From the NCBI GenBank assembly GCA_965202585.1, contig OZ241831.1:46996001-47060000 (forward strand): DNA of 64,000 nucleotides, given 5' to 3'. This DNA comes from Thalia democratica. Taxonomy: Eukaryota. The stretch's first letter is position 1. Each line of letters begins with the position of its first letter. The notes under the pieces are model-generated. The model made no database searches and had not been told where the DNA came from. It was given only the letters and a program-made list of their open reading frames with translations. The translations under genes were made by a program, and so were the position numbers. Below, in pieces: positions 63,307-64,000 of the stretch.

Positions 63307-64000
63307 ATGATAGTAACTTAAAGATATTATAAATCTTTTTAAGCCAACTAGGTCGAGTTTTTGTTATACATGATTATATGAGGTTTTTTTAGCTATTATC
63401 ACAAATATGGAGGAAGTTTATAAAAATATTAAAACAACAAACTTCTTAAAAACTAATATATTTTACATATTTTTTCAGAATTTTTTATTCTAAACTAGTT
63501 AAAAAAAGTAAATATTTAATTCATGGGACATAGTAGTTTAAAATTGATAGAATATAAAAGCCAGAAAATTACTATTCATAACATACCTTTATTTATGTTA
63601 AAAGCAGACAAATTATTTTATACGAGGAATTTATAGTTTTGAATAATACGATTTAATGAAAAAAAAAGGCGGTACTTTATTTGTTATAATAACTTTACCT
63701 GTCAAAGTTACTTAACTGAGTTGTACAAGCAAGACTTAATGTTTGACTTTTCAAAATTGATGTGTCCATAGTAATTTTCGTTATTATATGACAGAAGCAG
63801 CTTAACAAACAAATCAAAATATCAAAACCTAACTACAGTTTAGTTGATAAAAATATTTTAATACACACCCTCATTCATACATAAAGTAGTTAGTAATAAA
63901 ATGGTGCACCAGTTTTTTTCTACTAATCATTAATCTTATATAACTCGTTAATCCAAAAAAAAATTGAATTGGATTACCATCAATAAGTGAAAAATACATT

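Noticed and set aside
1-64000. tRNA, rRNA or snRNA genes
   Set aside because: No cloverleaf, A/B-box pair or rRNA-like conserved block was recognised by eye; a tRNAscan-SE/Infernal run would be decisive.

Overview
This is very AT-rich metazoan (probably invertebrate) genomic DNA in which protein-coding exons stand out as GC-richer islands. Two spliced genes on the + strand can be rebuilt by hand with consistent intron phases: a ROGDI homologue (6 exons, 26312-34417, first exon unresolved) and a ubiquilin (11 coding exons, 50964-58726, possibly a tiny 12th). Just downstream of ROGDI is a complete, apparently young Penelope-like retroelement (34948-39510). It has an intact 957-aa RT + GIY-YIG ORF, a target-site duplication, a 654-bp inverted terminal copy, a 205-bp direct terminal repeat and three copies of a minimal hammerhead ribozyme. 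Other elements are a 4.76-kb foldback-type element with ~170-bp tandem arrays in its arms, a near-perfect 211-bp palindrome downstream of ubiquilin, and many MITEs (hAT-like, Kolobok-like, telomere-motif-bearing). A possible decayed mL40-like gene lies at the left end. The most unusual pattern is that at least six exon edges of the two genes have degenerate echo copies 60-200 bp away in the adjacent intron. Five of the six keep a splice site and most of their differences fall at third codon positions. No rRNA, tRNA or CRISPR array was seen. All calls were made by eye, with no database searches.
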